Positions 13,946-27,660 are shown, numbered from the stretch's first letter. The stretch is 64,000 nucleotides of DNA from Camelus dromedarius (GCF_036321535.1 NC_087436.1:63304001-63368000); one strand, 5' to 3'. Notes: generated from the letters alone by a model not told the origin. Made by a program: numbers and translations.

Positions 13946-13947
13946 AA

Positions 13948-14045
13948 GAATGCTGTAAATACACCAAAACCATTGAATTTTATGCTTAATATGAGTGAAT
14001 AGCAAGGTGTATGAAGTATACTTCAACAAAGCTGTTATATAAACA
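13948..14045 (+). mobile_element. Old L1M 3' terminal fragment
   Basis: 'aaaaccattgaatt...gtgaat...tatgaagtatacttcaacaaagctgtt' resembles an L1M 3' end. Confidence 0.7.
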
Positions 14046-14231
14046 AAAGTAGTATGTTTGTGCATTATTGGGAAACATTTTAATATCTCTAACTTACATA
14101 TAAGATAGTCACATATTAGTTAATATTTGTATTTGTTAAAATATGTCAATAAATTGTGTCTCTTGAAAAAGAAATCAGAAAAAGAAAAGATGAACTGACT
14201 CTGTACCAAAAGCCAGATAAAAAGATCTGTA

Positions 14232-14356
14232 ATAAGGATAATTTATCATCCAAATCAGGATGTTCTGAATGCTAACAGATGTAATTAAAAATTATGCTGG
14301 GACAGTAAGTATAAACTAGGATTCTCTCAGGCAAACCAAGATGGATGACAGGCCTA
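14232..14356. mobile_element. MER81-like hAT-Blackjack MITE
   Basis: 'taatttatcatccaaatcagga...ttatgctgggaca...taaactagga...caggcaaacca' follows the MER81 layout. Confidence 0.7.
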
Positions 14357-14479
14357 CTTTATATAATACTGATGGATGTGGGCTTCCTACTAAATTTGGT
14401 GAACATCCATGGGTTAAAATAATGAAAAGAAAATGATTTATATTTTAGAATATTTGTGATTGCAAGAATTGTAGTGTAA

Positions 14480-16620
14480 GAATGGATTGGATTTCAGTAG
14501 TTGGCAAGACTGGACAATATAGACACATTTAGGAGGATGTTAGAGTAATTCAGGCAAAAGAGGACAATTGTCTGTAATAAAACAGCTTTGGTGGGAATGG
14601 ATAAAAGTGGAAGCAGCTGAAAGATAGTAGAGTGTTATATAACAGCTGTTGATCAATGGATAAGGAAGCCAACGGAAAGGAAAAGTTTGACGACTAAAAA
14701 ACGAGAATGACTAGTTGATGGAGGTATGAATAGGTGAAATTCTGAACATAGAGAGCATACATCAAAGGAGCTACTTTACAGTTATCTTACAGTTACTACA
14801 ACTATTCTGGGAGCAGATACTGGATTTCTCATTGAGACTGAAGAATGTCGGGTGTTTCAGTATGATGGTGTTTGACTCCTGAGAGAAACAGATGAGGTCA
14901 TCTGAAAGTAAAAAGTGGGTAAGAGGTGGGAGGAGAACAGACGGTTTGAAGCTGTACTTGAGATGAATGGTGAGAGTTGAGTAGAAATAAAAGAAGGGTA
15001 GAGATTTAGTACTTTTTGATAGAGATCTAGTGCTGTTTGAGACCATAAATTTGTACAGGCAGCATGTTCGTGGTTACATGAATTTTTTTTTTCCAGCAAC
15101 ACTGAGGAGTTCAAATGTAGGAGAAGAAAATCCAGGAATAAAATGTAACATTTGATGCAATATAATGTCAATGGCACAGCAGCTGAGTTTAAACGAGGAA
15201 TTCTATTGCCTAAGTTAGATGGGCAATCACTGAAGACAGAGAACTGACTGACAATAACGTGTCAAAAGGCTAGTGGACTTGATAGAGTCAAAGTATATAT
15301 TAAGTGAGAAGATATCAAGAGAAAAAGATTGTAGTCGGGTATGGAATTATTGAGTTTAACAATTGTGAGTTTATCAGTCATGGGTGTTAAATTACAAGTT
15401 GTGGTTTTGGAATTAGATGCCGAGCTGAGTTTTGGTAATAGGTATGCTATATTACCTATTCACTAGGACTGCTGTAACAAAGCACCACAAACTGGGTGGC
15501 TTAAACAACAGAAGTTTCCTTTCTCAAAACCCTGGAGGCTGTATGTCCAAAATCAAGGTATTTCAAAGGTTGATTTCTTCCGAGGGCTGAGAGGGAAAGA
15601 CCTGGTCCAGGCTTCTCGCCTCGGCTTATAGATAACCGTCTTTCCCCATGCCTCTTCACATCGTCTTCCCTCTGTATCTGTTTGCCTCTCTGTCCAAATT
15701 TATCCTTTTTTTATAAGGACACCAGCCATATTGAATTAGGGCCATCTTCATAACCTCACTTTAACTTAATTACTTCTGTAAAAACCTTATCTCCAAACAA
15801 GATCACATTCTGAGGTGCTGGGAGTAAGGACTTCGACATACCTCTTTGGTAAGGACACTATTCGATTCAGAGCATATAAGACTTAGAAGGTTAATGCATC
15901 AGGAGGGAAGTGTGATATCTCATATTTCCTCACAAAGACGACTTTATCCAGGATGCACGAATTTCTCAGCATGAAGGAGACGCAAATTCTTCAGCAACTG
16001 AGAGGTGGTTTCTAGAGTAGTGAGGCAGAGATGAAAAGGGTAATATTCCTGGATAGTGTGGATCTCAATTATATAAAGTTTTCCACTCTGTAAGGGTGGG
16101 GAAATGGTATTTGAGAGTAGGTTGGATAGGGAGGAGGAAGCTGACATGCCCTCCCAACTCTGCAGTAACTGGGGTAGAGAAGAACAAGCAGAAGCTATGA
16201 GAAGACTGTTAGGGCAGGGGTGCAGGAATGACCAGTTTCCATTCGACAAGTAGGTATAGAAGAATTCTATGAAACAGGCCTAAAGTGAAGATGAAATATT
16301 TAAACATGGAAAGTAGGTCCCTGGTTGCAGTGGAAAATCTAGAAAAGAAGGAAAGGGAGAGGAAGTTGGATCTAGAAAGCAGATGTGCTAAAATGGAAGT
16401 GGAGGAAACAGATTAAATTGTCATTAAGGACCAACAATGACAAGAAAGGAGATGAGATGGGGACTCAGCATTTTCAAAGTACGAGTGCCAGAATTCCCAT
16501 TGTGGAGTTGTCAGGCTCCTGGCACTCTAGGTTTTGGAAAGAGCAACAGCCTGTGAAGTCGGGTTAGTAGATGTGAGTAAGATCAAAAGCTTCCCATGAA
16601 AAAGCTGGAATTGATTTTGC
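14480..16620 (-). mobile_element. Decayed L2 LINE, interrupted by MLT1C
   Basis: Purine-rich L2-type motifs such as 'ggaggatgttagagtaattcaggcaaaagag'; heavily diverged. Confidence 0.5.
15453..15874 (-). mobile_element. MLT1C-like solo LTR
   Basis: 'ctgctgtaacaaagcaccacaaactgggtggcttaaacaacagaa', 'ttataaggacaccagccatattg' and 'cacattctgaggtgctggg'; flanks tatat/tataa. Confidence 0.92.
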
Positions 16621-19600
16621 TGCTAAAGGAATCCAATCCCTAATAACAGTAAGCAGTAGAATTAATTAACTGTATTTCTCCTATTCAAAGTCATAATTAA
16701 TTGAAAAAAGTACCAATGATATAAGAGGTCTTTAGAGAAGGGGCTGTGGGGACAGCAGAGAGTTACTGAGGAGATAAAATAATATGTGAGAAAATATTTC
16801 TTCTAATTGATGAAATATAGACACTTTAAGGACCCCAATCTTATACTGCAAACAAGCCATGGAGTCAGGTCAGAGGAGGTAGAAAAGGAGACCGCTCCAG
16901 AAGGAGTTAGCTAAAGCAGACAAGGCAATGTATTAAGGTTTTCTTTTTCAAAAAGAATTCGTTTCTCTTTTCTTTGTTGTTATTCCATTTCCCAATTGGA
17001 AATAGTGAAGTATCACTTTACTCATCAAAGAAAAAATCTTTAGAAGATTTACAAATCATTTCTTTGTGAATATCTTGAAAAAAATTAATCTTTAAATTTT
17101 ATTTTTAATTGGGGAATACATTATTAATATGTAGAGCTCAGGAGTCTGATGGGATGATAGAAAATGCAACCCTGCTCTGACAAATAGGGCTGCAAACGAT
17201 TGCTCTAAAAGCTGTAAAGATTTTCCTTAAGGATACATTATAGTCTCAAATTTGTTTAGAATGGGAAGAGGCGGTTGACATCATCTCCAGGCTCTGAAAT
17301 ACTTTTATATGTGAAAATGTGGAGAACTGACTGAGAAGCCCTCAGGAAAGTGATGCCTCTATGGGAAATCTGGCTTTGATGTATACAAGGTACAGAAATC
17401 ATTTTGCTCAAGTATCTGCAATACGGAAGGACAAGGAGTCCTGGGTATGTAAACTGTCATGGAAGTAGAAAGAGCTGGGATTAGTGTTCAGCCACTTCTT
17501 TCCAGTCCAGTGATAGGTGGGGGAAATGGTTATGAGTTTGAATGTAAAAATCCACTAGACTCAGTCTCTTAGGGACAGATGGCATTTTTAAGGAAAGATA
17601 CTATATAATTAAAATAAGTATTATAATGTTGGGAACTTAGGCTCCATCTAAGAGAACAGACCCAGAGATGGTAGTGAAGTGGTTCATTCTTTTCTCCTTC
17701 TCTTCAAAGACCTCTGAAGATAGGACAGGACTCAGTCTCAAGAGCACAAGTGAAGTAAAGAGATTAATCACAGATGGGGGCTACAGTCTTACTGGGCAAA
17801 ACTCTTAGGTGTCCATTTGGGCACTGTATCACTCGCTTGGTGGTGCTGGAAGCATCTTTGCACAGTGGTTACTCATAATTTCTGGCTCCATCACTGATAG
17901 ATTTGTGATCAGGGCAGCCTTTGGACAGACGTATGAATGAGATGGTATAGAATTGCTACTGGAAGAATGGCCTGGGAGAAGAAATTGTCATTCTCTTCGT
18001 GGGTAGTAAAGTGATTTGTACCATTAAATTAAAACACTGAAGACAGTAAGACTTTTCTTACACCCCAACCTATTGACAAGGAGACAATTACCATACCAAT
18101 TTTGAAGATTATTTAACAATATTTGAAAATATTAATAACAAGGAAATAAGTGGAAGTAAGAGTAATAGTATTCTTAATATATTACCCAAGTTTTGTAAAA
18201 AGATTTTACATACAAGCAAAGAACATATCTAAAATAATGATAATATATAGCTTTGAAAAAATACACTAACCTGGACTTACATAAATACTGTTCTACATGT
18301 ATCTTAAAAAATGTCTGAAAAACATGACATTATTCATTCTAACCTATGTGTTTAAATTTTAAAATATCTCCAACAATACCTTTTTACCAGAACTTGCACA
18401 TAAGTGAATCTCCTCTTACTGTAAAGATGAAACTGAAGTCTTTACATTACAGAGGTTCACTCAAAAAATACACTAAAAAGGCAAATGCAAAACAGCACTT
18501 TCAACACTGCCCTCTAAAGAGAGAAAGGCCAGTGTTTTTGAAATAAATTTCTAAATTTAAAACATACTTTCTGTATTCAGAATTTTGCATGTGATTAGAA
18601 TAAAAGAAAAAATCTCAAGAGAACAAAACATGAAGTAAAATACGGACATTTGAGCAATTATCAGAGGAGACAAAAGTCCTTGAACTTAAGAACATTTTCT
18701 CAAAAGTAATTTTTCAGCTGTTAGATATCAAAAGAGTCCAGGCTTATTCTGTGTAAAGCAAGACTTCGGAATCCTGCCTTAAAAACGATTCCAATATGGA
18801 AATAATTCTTTATATTTTATAGCTTTATGAAGTCTTTCATCTAAGGATCTCAAAAGGAAATGAGGTAAGTGCAGTGACTGAATTTTTTGAATATTAATGA
18901 CTTCAAGAAAAATGGAAGCAATTAAAAAGAAATAGAAGTCCACTATAATGAAAGCCACTTTTTAATGTTATACATAAGATTAGCTGGAGAGTTATATAAA
19001 AGTGATAGCTGATAGCTATTATTTTGTTTCTGAATTTCTTTCTACACAGTGCAATTATGCTACATGAACAGGGTGGAGATGCCTCTGAAGGAAACATGTG
19101 TTTTATTCTAGCAGGAAGTTACCCCTCTTATACCTTTCAGAACACTTGCATCCATAAAATGTTTCAATATTAAAGCATATAGAAGCTACATTCAAGATTA
19201 TTTACAACTCAAGGCCTCAAATAGAAAAAAAAAAAAAAAACAGTAAACCTGAAAATGCTGCACTGTTCTTTACAGTCAAGGCCACTATTAAGTAGTAACA
19301 TAGTGGCCTGTGAGATACAATTTACAGGTCTCTAAAAGTCCCATCTGCTCCCAAATGATAGCCGTATATTAAAACAGTTTCTTAGATGGCCATCTTTATC
19401 GAACCCCCTTTTGTCAAAAAAGGCCTCCACTACCTTCTACAGAGTCTTTGTGCAAAGTGCAAAACAAGCAGCACTTTTCGGCATGTTAATACAAGACAGC
19501 CCTTCCTACATCCTGGCTCAGCCTCAAAAGAGAGTGAAGGGTTTGACAAGTATGGAAAGTGCTGGATTTAACCTCTCTACTCTCCCTTTGGCCAGATACC

Positions 19601-20164
19601 TTTGTACAGTGCACATACACTGCCGTACCCACAACACCTTGGTTGCTCTACAGGTTGAGTCATTGTCAAAAAAGCCATTTTAAAATGCAACTTACATTAG
19701 CTAGGAAGAGATAACATATATGTCTGAAGTTATATTAAGGACTTAAATAGAATCAATGTCCTTTTAAACTTTAATTGCATTCATAAAATGTTATTTACTA
19801 GAATTTATTGTCGCGTATGCCTCCATTTCTCATAGAAGGAAAAAACATTGGCTAAAGTCCCCAAGAAGGAAAAGCATGGAAAAAATCCTTTTGTGTGGCT
19901 CACTGCTCCCCATCCGAGACCTGAGGTACATAATTAAATATAGGGGAATAAACTGCACATGTGTTGATCAACCCTTTGTGCTTTCTCTCTGAATCTTTCC
20001 CAACCACATGAACTCAAGATGCACAGATTTTATTTCTCTTGAGTTCAGTAAGCTTCCTGTTACTCTGGGGACACCTCTAGGTAGAACAACACAATTTAAG
20101 AGAGAAAAGATGAAGGGGATATATATTAGAAAATATCTGACAGCAGATTTATGCCATGTTTTCT

Positions 20165-20473
20165 TTTTTTTAAATTGAAGTATGGTCAATTTACAATGTG
20201 TCAATTTCTGGTGTACTGCATAATAGTTCAGTTATGCATACTCATACAAATATTCATATTCTTCTTCATTAGAGGTTACTACAAGATATTGAATATAGTT
20301 CCCTGTGCTATATAATATAAACTTGCTTATTTTATATATAGTAGTTAGTATTTGCACATTTCAAACTCTCATTTTATCCCTTCCCACCCACCTTCCCTCT
20401 GGTAACTATAAGTTTACTATGTGAGTCTGTTTCTGTTCTGTAGATAAGTTAATTAGTGTTTGCTTTTTTCTTT

Positions 20474-20540
<67 letters not shown>

Positions 20541-20669
20541 CTCTTTCTTTCTTTCTGTTTCTTTTTGGCTTTTTTGTTTAGATTCCACATATAAGTGATT
20601 TTTCTTTCTCTTTCTGGCTTCCTTCATTTAGGATGATGATCTCCAGATCCATCCATGTTGCTGCAAATG
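20165..20669 (-). mobile_element. Young 5'-truncated L1 (3' UTR only)
   Basis: T-tract followed by 'aaattgaagtatggtcaatttacaatgtg'; 15 bp TSD tatgccatgttttct (20150-20164) / tatgccatattttct (20670-20684). Confidence 0.93.
20464..20556. repeat. (TTTC)n microsatellite inside the L1 3' UTR
   Basis: Read directly; a long, nearly perfect run. Confidence 0.97.
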
Positions 20670-23619
20670 TATGCCATATTTTCTAATTATTTTATCATTG
20701 TAAGTTTGACTCCTGTCTTATTTTTTAATTGATACAGAAGTCAAGAAGTAAATAGAAGGTATTACTACATATTCCCCAATTTCCAATACTATTTCTTGAC
20801 AGTAACCACTAGGATTGCTTTACTTTAATAATAAATTTTTTTTCATTTTCAACTGCTTTTGATTTTAGGAAGTACTTGGATGTTGGTGATATCACAGTAT
20901 TCTTTGTAGTTCTTATATTTTCAATTTCAATTTGTGAAAATTATTTAGGGTTTGTTACTCTAAAACAAGTATAAAATTTTTACAACATGTTATAAACAGC
21001 TGTTAATCAGAAGAATTCAAGTCTACAGCTTTCACTATAATTAAAGTGCAAAGGAAGAATGACTAGAGTATCAAAAGGAAAAACATAAAATAAAAAAAAA
21101 ATCAGAGAAGAGATAATCCCCAGTGTCCTCCCATTTTAGAACCTTGCCAAGAAACTCCTACTCAGTGGTATGCAAGTAAACAGCCCATGCTGAAAAAACA
21201 TTTTGTTTGAAAGGAAGAGATTTTAATTATAATATAATTGAAATGGAATGTCCAGTAATATTAGAATCAGCAGATGCTCTCCATTTGCAAAAGAAAAACA
21301 TAAACATGACGTAAAGTCAGAAAATCTATATCACAGAAAAGCATGGTGTAGATTTGTGCCTTGTCAAAACAAAATAAAAGAAAACAAAACGAGCTTTGAA
21401 AAAGATCTGTGGAGACCAGCTGGCTTTAATGCTGAGAAAGAAACTCAATGGATGAATTATCAAGTCCTGCATGCTTATTAATAATTTACATAATTTTAAA
21501 ATCTGACCATCTAAATATGGCCACAAATTATCAAGGGGGAAGTAAATAAGTCACTGTCGATAAATGAAAGAAAACGTCTGTGCCACCTGATAAAATTAGT
21601 CACATGTTAAGGTTTTCTTACCCAGAAAATAGTAAATATTTCTACATTTCAAATGAATCATGGAACATAGGAAGATGAACTTAAAATCGAGCTTGGAGAA
21701 AGATGAACTATGTGGATAAACACTTAGCTATTTTCATAGGGTGACGGTTTGTGATGTTCCTGAGTTCAAAGTGAGATTGTCTAATCCAGTATCAGCCACA
21801 GCTGGTGCAATAAATTCTCCATATGATAGTTCTATATAATTTGTTAAAACAAATCCTTTATTTTCTACCCCATTGTTTAAAAAATTTTACATATGTTTGC
21901 ATATATAAATATATACAATTATCTATATAACTACATTTTATAATTATGTACCTATATGATATATATATGTTTATATCATATCCATATCTATCTGTATACT
22001 GAATGGAGGAATAAAAGTCTTTCTTGCTAAACACTAGTTAAGGAAAACAAATACTTCTATTCAAAGCGGAAAATTCATGAACTAGTCACAAACCACTTGA
22101 TGAGAACTGGGGAATGAAAGCTAATCTGAATAAATGAAAGCTAGTAGTGACTTTTAAAAATGAAAATAACGTAAGAATGTTTTCAATTCAAAAGGAAAAC
22201 AGAAGCTATATGTTCAATTAAAAAAAATTATTACAGCTCAGACAACACAAGAAAATTTTATTTAGAACACAAAATTCAGGATAAAATGCTAATAAAAGGT
22301 AATTGAAATGACAATGTGCCATGACATGAGAGAGTTTTGGAAGAAAAATGGCTTAAATCAAATCTTTCATTTTTCTATCTACAAGTAACACATGTATTGG
22401 GGAATTGTAAGGATTAAATGACACAAAGTGTCTAACTTAAAGTAAGTTGTCAATAAATAAAGGGGAAGTGGCAAACTCGAAATTATAAACCTGATTCCCT
22501 TCCCAAATGCTAGAAAGAACTTTCTCACAGAGTGAAACATATACAATGAAATCTAAGTGGCTTTTAATGATATTTACCAAATGGTATTTTGGGCATGTCT
22601 CAGTGATAAATCTAAACAGAAGTTTATATTCCATGATTCTCATCTCTAGCAGTAGTTATTTAGAGGGAAGTAATATTTAGATATATCCAGAATTGTAAGT
22701 TAATCTTCTGATACTTTCCTATTTATTAAACTTTAATTTAGCATTTTACAACTTCTTGATTATATGGTTCAATGAAATATGAACATTAATTTAAAATACA
22801 ATGGTCACCTAGAGCATGCATGTATTTTAAAATCATCTTCTCATATGTTATGGAAGTCTTATATTTTCAAGTGTTATATTTTAAATGTTTTATTATAAAT
22901 TCAGGCTTTTGAAATATACTGAAGGGTCACATGGGCATAAAGTGCATCCTAATTTAAACTACAACTGGATATAAAAATTAAATATTTGTGAATGGAGTTC
23001 TAAATCTTCAGGATCAGTTAAACTATTCATTTGATAACTATATTCTTCTGCCCCTTTAAAAAATATAGTCAGCACTGTCACAGAGAAAATTGTAGCTAAG
23101 AGACAATGCACAGAAACAGTCCAGAAGAAGTGAAAATATCTAGAAAAAATTATGCTTGAAACATTTTCATTTATTTCAAGGTTTTTAAATGAAAGCGTAG
23201 AAATACATTCCCCCTAAGGCTTTAAACAGCATAGCCTGGATCTTTTCAATTCCCATAAGGTCTATTTCTTGAATGGCTTTTACATGTAAGTAGAACAACC
23301 TTCTGCAATTGACTTCAAATATGTTTTCGTATGCCTCGTAGGAACAAAGATGAGGGGAGAAAAAAAAGCTACAGCCCGTGAATACCAGAGACTAGCATTC
23401 ACATGTTTAAAGTTATTTTTAAAGAATGTGTCTACAAAGTACAACATAAATTGATAAGTTGGCAACTGTCTATAGTTAATATAAGTAAAAACAAAGCCAA
23501 CATTTGGGATAAAATGCCAGCTCAGAAGCTTTTGTGTGATAATTGCCAAACTGCTTATTGACTTTGTGATACGTAGATCAGATCACAGACCGAGGCATTT
23601 AAAAATTTATTTCTCGTGG

Positions 23620-25260
23620 GTTCTGCTTTCAGGAAGATGGAGATTTACTTTTTCCTTTTCTTCCAACTAAGTAAACCTAAAAACCTCAATGTTATCTATA
23701 AAACAAACATAGACTTTCAAAGATGGAGGAAAAAGACAGACTGGGTAGGAAACTGGAGACCCAGAAAATGATGCAGTGGTAGATTCCCTCAGTTTTATTT
23801 TTAGTTCATATATCTCAGACGGAGCTGCAGAGGCCAGCCCCCTACAAACACGGACAGTCATAGAAAATAAAAGCCCCAGCAAAAGCCTTCTCTCTCTAGC
23901 CAAAACAATGGAAATGGGTAGCCTAGAAAACCTTTCAGACAGTAACTGCTTTCCTACAGTCAAACACCACAAACACAAAACAAACAAACAAACAAAACCC
24001 TCCACCCATGTTATCAAAGGCCAAGCGGGAATCCAAGACTTCAACCCCTGCCAGGTTATAACAAGGCACCTTTGAAAGTTAAGTTTATTTGTGAATTTAA
24101 CTGGCCCATGAGGTGCTCAGACAGTTGATCAAAGATTTTTCTGGGTGTGTCTGGTCTGTGAGGGTGTTTTTGGATGATCTTAGTAGCTGAGTTGATGGAC
24201 TGTGTAAAGCAGCTTGCCCTTCCCAGTGTGGATGGACCTCATACAGTTAATCGAAAGCCTGTCTAGAACAAAAAGGCTGACCCTCCTGTGACTGCATTCG
24301 AACTGGTACATCAGGTTTTTCATGCCTTCAGACTTACACTTTAACATGGGCTTGTTCAGGGTCACGGACCTAATCGAAACAGAACAGAACTACACCATGA
24401 ACTCTCCTGATCCTCAGGTCCTAGGACTCAGATTGGAACTACATCCTTGGGTCTCCTGGGTCTCCAGCTTGCTGACGATAAATCCTGAAGCTTTCCAGCC
24501 TGCACAATGACGTGAGACAACACTTTATAATAAATATCTTTACATATAAATATAGATGTAGGTATTTCTCAAGTAAATACATATGTATGTGTGTGTATGA
24601 AGACATCCTAGTGGTTATGTTTCTCTGGAGAATCCCACCTCAGAGCAACAGCGTGGTGTCAGAAAAGGCCAATCAGGGAGTCAGGACTTTCAACCCCACC
24701 AGGCAGCAATCAGCCCCTTTCCTATGGTTGTTGGTGGGGATGACAAGGGGAGCCTGGACACCATTACTAGGTAACAACAAGTTGCACCTTCTACTCCCCT
24801 CTGAGGTGGTGTCAGAGAAAATCTTGTGGAAGTCAGGACTTTCACTATCACCACCCAGTAATAAGACCAGTGACACATGGTGGTGTCAGTGAAAACTAAG
24901 TGGGAATCAGTAAGGAGGTGTTCCCACCCATCCAGCCAGAGAGATCTCACTGTAGGCCTAGTGGGAGCCAGAACTCCCACATACACACAGCCATAGTGAA
25001 GAGCCTTCTCCTCAGGTGTCAGTGGATTCTGACCGAGGAACCTAGACTTCTACATTTATCTGGCAATAATGAGGCAGTGCCCCCCAACTCCAGCCATCTT
25101 CTTGTGTCAGAGTGTTATCAAAGGAAGCCAGTTAAACAGAGGTTTAAGTAAGAACTCCAGCCTCATAACATAATATTCAAAATGCCCAAGTTTCAATAAT
25201 GTATCACTTGTAGTATCAAGAACCAGAAAGATCTAAAACTGAATGAAGAAAGACAAGTGA
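23620..25260 (+). mobile_element. Old L1M 5' UTR region, interrupted by MLT2
   Basis: Starts 'ttctgctttcaggaagatggag'; contains repeated 'gtggtgtcag' monomer-like units; ends in 'caagaaccagaaagatctaaaactgaatg', typical of the approach to ORF1. Confidence 0.6.
24075..24635 (+). mobile_element. MLT2 (ERVL) solo LTR
   Basis: 'ttctgggtgtgtctg...gagggtgtttttggatga', 'ggaactacatccttgggtctcctgggtctccagcttgc', a TA-rich spacer, and the end 'tgtttctctggagaatcc'. Confidence 0.9.
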
Positions 25261-27660
25261 ACAGATCTCCCTAGTTCATATCCTCCACCTAAGAATATAG
25301 GCATCATCCATGGAAACATGTGCCTTTCTGTGTGTTGTATGGTCCAGGTCAAAGTTTATGAAACCCTGGTATAGTCCAAAAACAAGGAAAGCCATTTTGA
25401 GAAGACAGATCCACAGACAGGCTACTAACTCATCAATCCCGGTCTGTCTCAACTATAGACTCACACAGCTCTACGTCCTTGAAAACCTAGCTGCAGGCCC
25501 ATTTGACTTTGGTTCTATCATAAGCACCATGTGCTAACGGATCTGGGAAGGGTTTTGCCAACCCATGCATTGGGAAAAAGGCAGACAGACCTCAGTGCCA
25601 GCTGTGGACCCTGAAACAGCCCTTGGGCCAGTTCTAGCTCTTTCTGGCCATGGTCCAGGAACCTCTAAAGAACACTGATTGAGAGTATAGCCCACAGATA
25701 AGAGCACCTTTGCAGAAGTCCAGGATCAAGTGGAGAAGTTCCAGTATACCACTGTATCAAAAATAATTAAATAAATAAAAGTAATTAAAACATTAAAAAA
25801 AAAGGCTTGGATGATTTCATTTGAGTAAGAGAAACTATTTGACTTAACACACGTCATCCTCCCTCAAGGTTACACAGCTCAGTGCCAAGAGAAACCCTCT
25901 TAACCTTGGTTTTCCCCTGCCAGGGAAAGTGAGAGCATAGGAATGCGTGCCTGGCTTCGACAGCAGTGTGGGATGCAGCCCGAGAGACCAGTTACTCTCT
26001 CTCCCCATCAAGAGCACTGAGTATGACTGGGGGTTAGTGAGCAGCCAGGAGAACATCAGTGAGGACCCAGAGGGGAACACATCAAAGGGACAAGGATGCT
26101 ATCTTGCCATAGACTCCATTGAAGGTATCTCCATGAGCTGCCGGAAACACCTGGCCTGAGAATCCCCCAACTGGCCCATGGGAACCCCCAGTGCTCTACA
26201 TGCTTCACCTACACAGCCCTACCCTCTTGCCCAGCTCCCTATGCATGCTCCCAACAGCATACAGAGCTTTTGTAGACTGCTAGTGAGCATGTGCAGAAAG
26301 CTGTCCTGGATACGAGAACATGGAAGAAACCACAAACTTGCACGTACAGCACCATGCTAGAGAAAGCAAAAGGGACTCTGCTAACAAAGTGGGTCACCTC
26401 AAAGAATCTGATAAATTCCTAGAAACATAAACCCCATCAAGACTGGCTCATGAAGAAATAGAAAATATAAACAGACCAATAATGAATAAGGAGATTAAAT
26501 CAACAATTAAAACCTCCCCCAAAAGAAAAGCCCTGGACTAGAAAGCTTCACTATCTATCTGATAAGAAGTTAATATCCAAAATATATTAAGGGACTCATA
26601 CAACTCAATAACAACCAAAAAATCCAATTGAAAAAATGGGCAGAGGATCTGAATAGACATTTTTCCAAAGAAGACACACAATGGCCAATAGGTACATGAA
26701 AAAGTGCTCAACATCATTAATCATTGGGGAAATATAAATCAAAATCACAATTAGATATTACCTTACACCTATTAGAATAGCTATTACACTGTTAGAATAG
26801 CTATTATCAAAAAGACACGAAATAAATATTGCAAGAAAGTTGGAAAAAGGGAAACTTTATGCACTATTTGTGATCATCTAAATTAACACTGCAACTCTGC
26901 AAAACAGTATGGAGATTCCTCAGAAAATTAAAAATAAAACTACCATATGATTCAGCAATCCCATTTCTGACTATATATCTAAAGGGAATTAAATCACTAT
27001 CATGAAGAGATATCTTTATCCCGTGTTCATTGCAGCATTATTCACAATATCCAAGATATGGAAATACCCTAAGTATCTGACTACTGGTGAATGGAGAAAG
27101 AAGATGTGGTATAAAATATATACAATGGGATATTGTTCAGCCTGAGAAACTAGGAAAATCTTCCTCTTATGGTAACATGGATGAACCTTGAGGGCATTAT
27201 GCTAAGTGAAATGAGTCAGACAAAGAGAAATATTGCATAATCTCATGTATATGTGGAATCTAAGAAAGCTGAACTCATGGAAACAGAACAGAATGGAATG
27301 GTTGTTGACACAAGCTGAGGTCTGGGGGAACTGGGGAGATGTTAATCTAAGGTTACAAACTTCCAGTTATAATATGAATAACTTCTGGGGATCCGATATA
27401 CAGCATGGTGAGTATAGTTAACAATACTGTATTTTATGTGTAAAAGTTCCTAAGAGAATACATCTTAAATAGTCTTACCACACACACACACATGCCACAC
27501 ACACACACACATACAAGGTAATTATGGGAGATTGTGGGGATAATAGCTAACCTTACTGTGGTAATTGCTTCACAATATATACGTGTGTCAAATCATACAA
27601 TGTACACCTTAAACTTAAATGTTGTATGTCAATTATAGCTCTGTAATTCTGGAAAAAAAT
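25260..27660 (+). mobile_element. L1 (L1MA-like) with large internal deletions: 5' UTR, 170 bp of ORF2, ORF2 C-terminus and 3' UTR
   Basis: ORF2 mid piece at 26380-26552. The ORF2 end begins at 26553 ('tctgataagaagttaatatccaaaatata'). The 3' UTR has (CA)n at about 27480-27513 and ends 'tgtatgtcaattata...ggaaaaaaa'. Confidence 0.85.

Noticed and set aside
19279..19309. Perfect 10-bp hairpin aggccactat-N11-atagtggcct
   Set aside because: About one such stem is expected by chance in 64 kb, and it is too short for a pre-miRNA.
20406..20627. ORF with KKER repeats resembling a charged low-complexity protein
   Set aside because: It is simply the translation of the (GAAA)n microsatellite.
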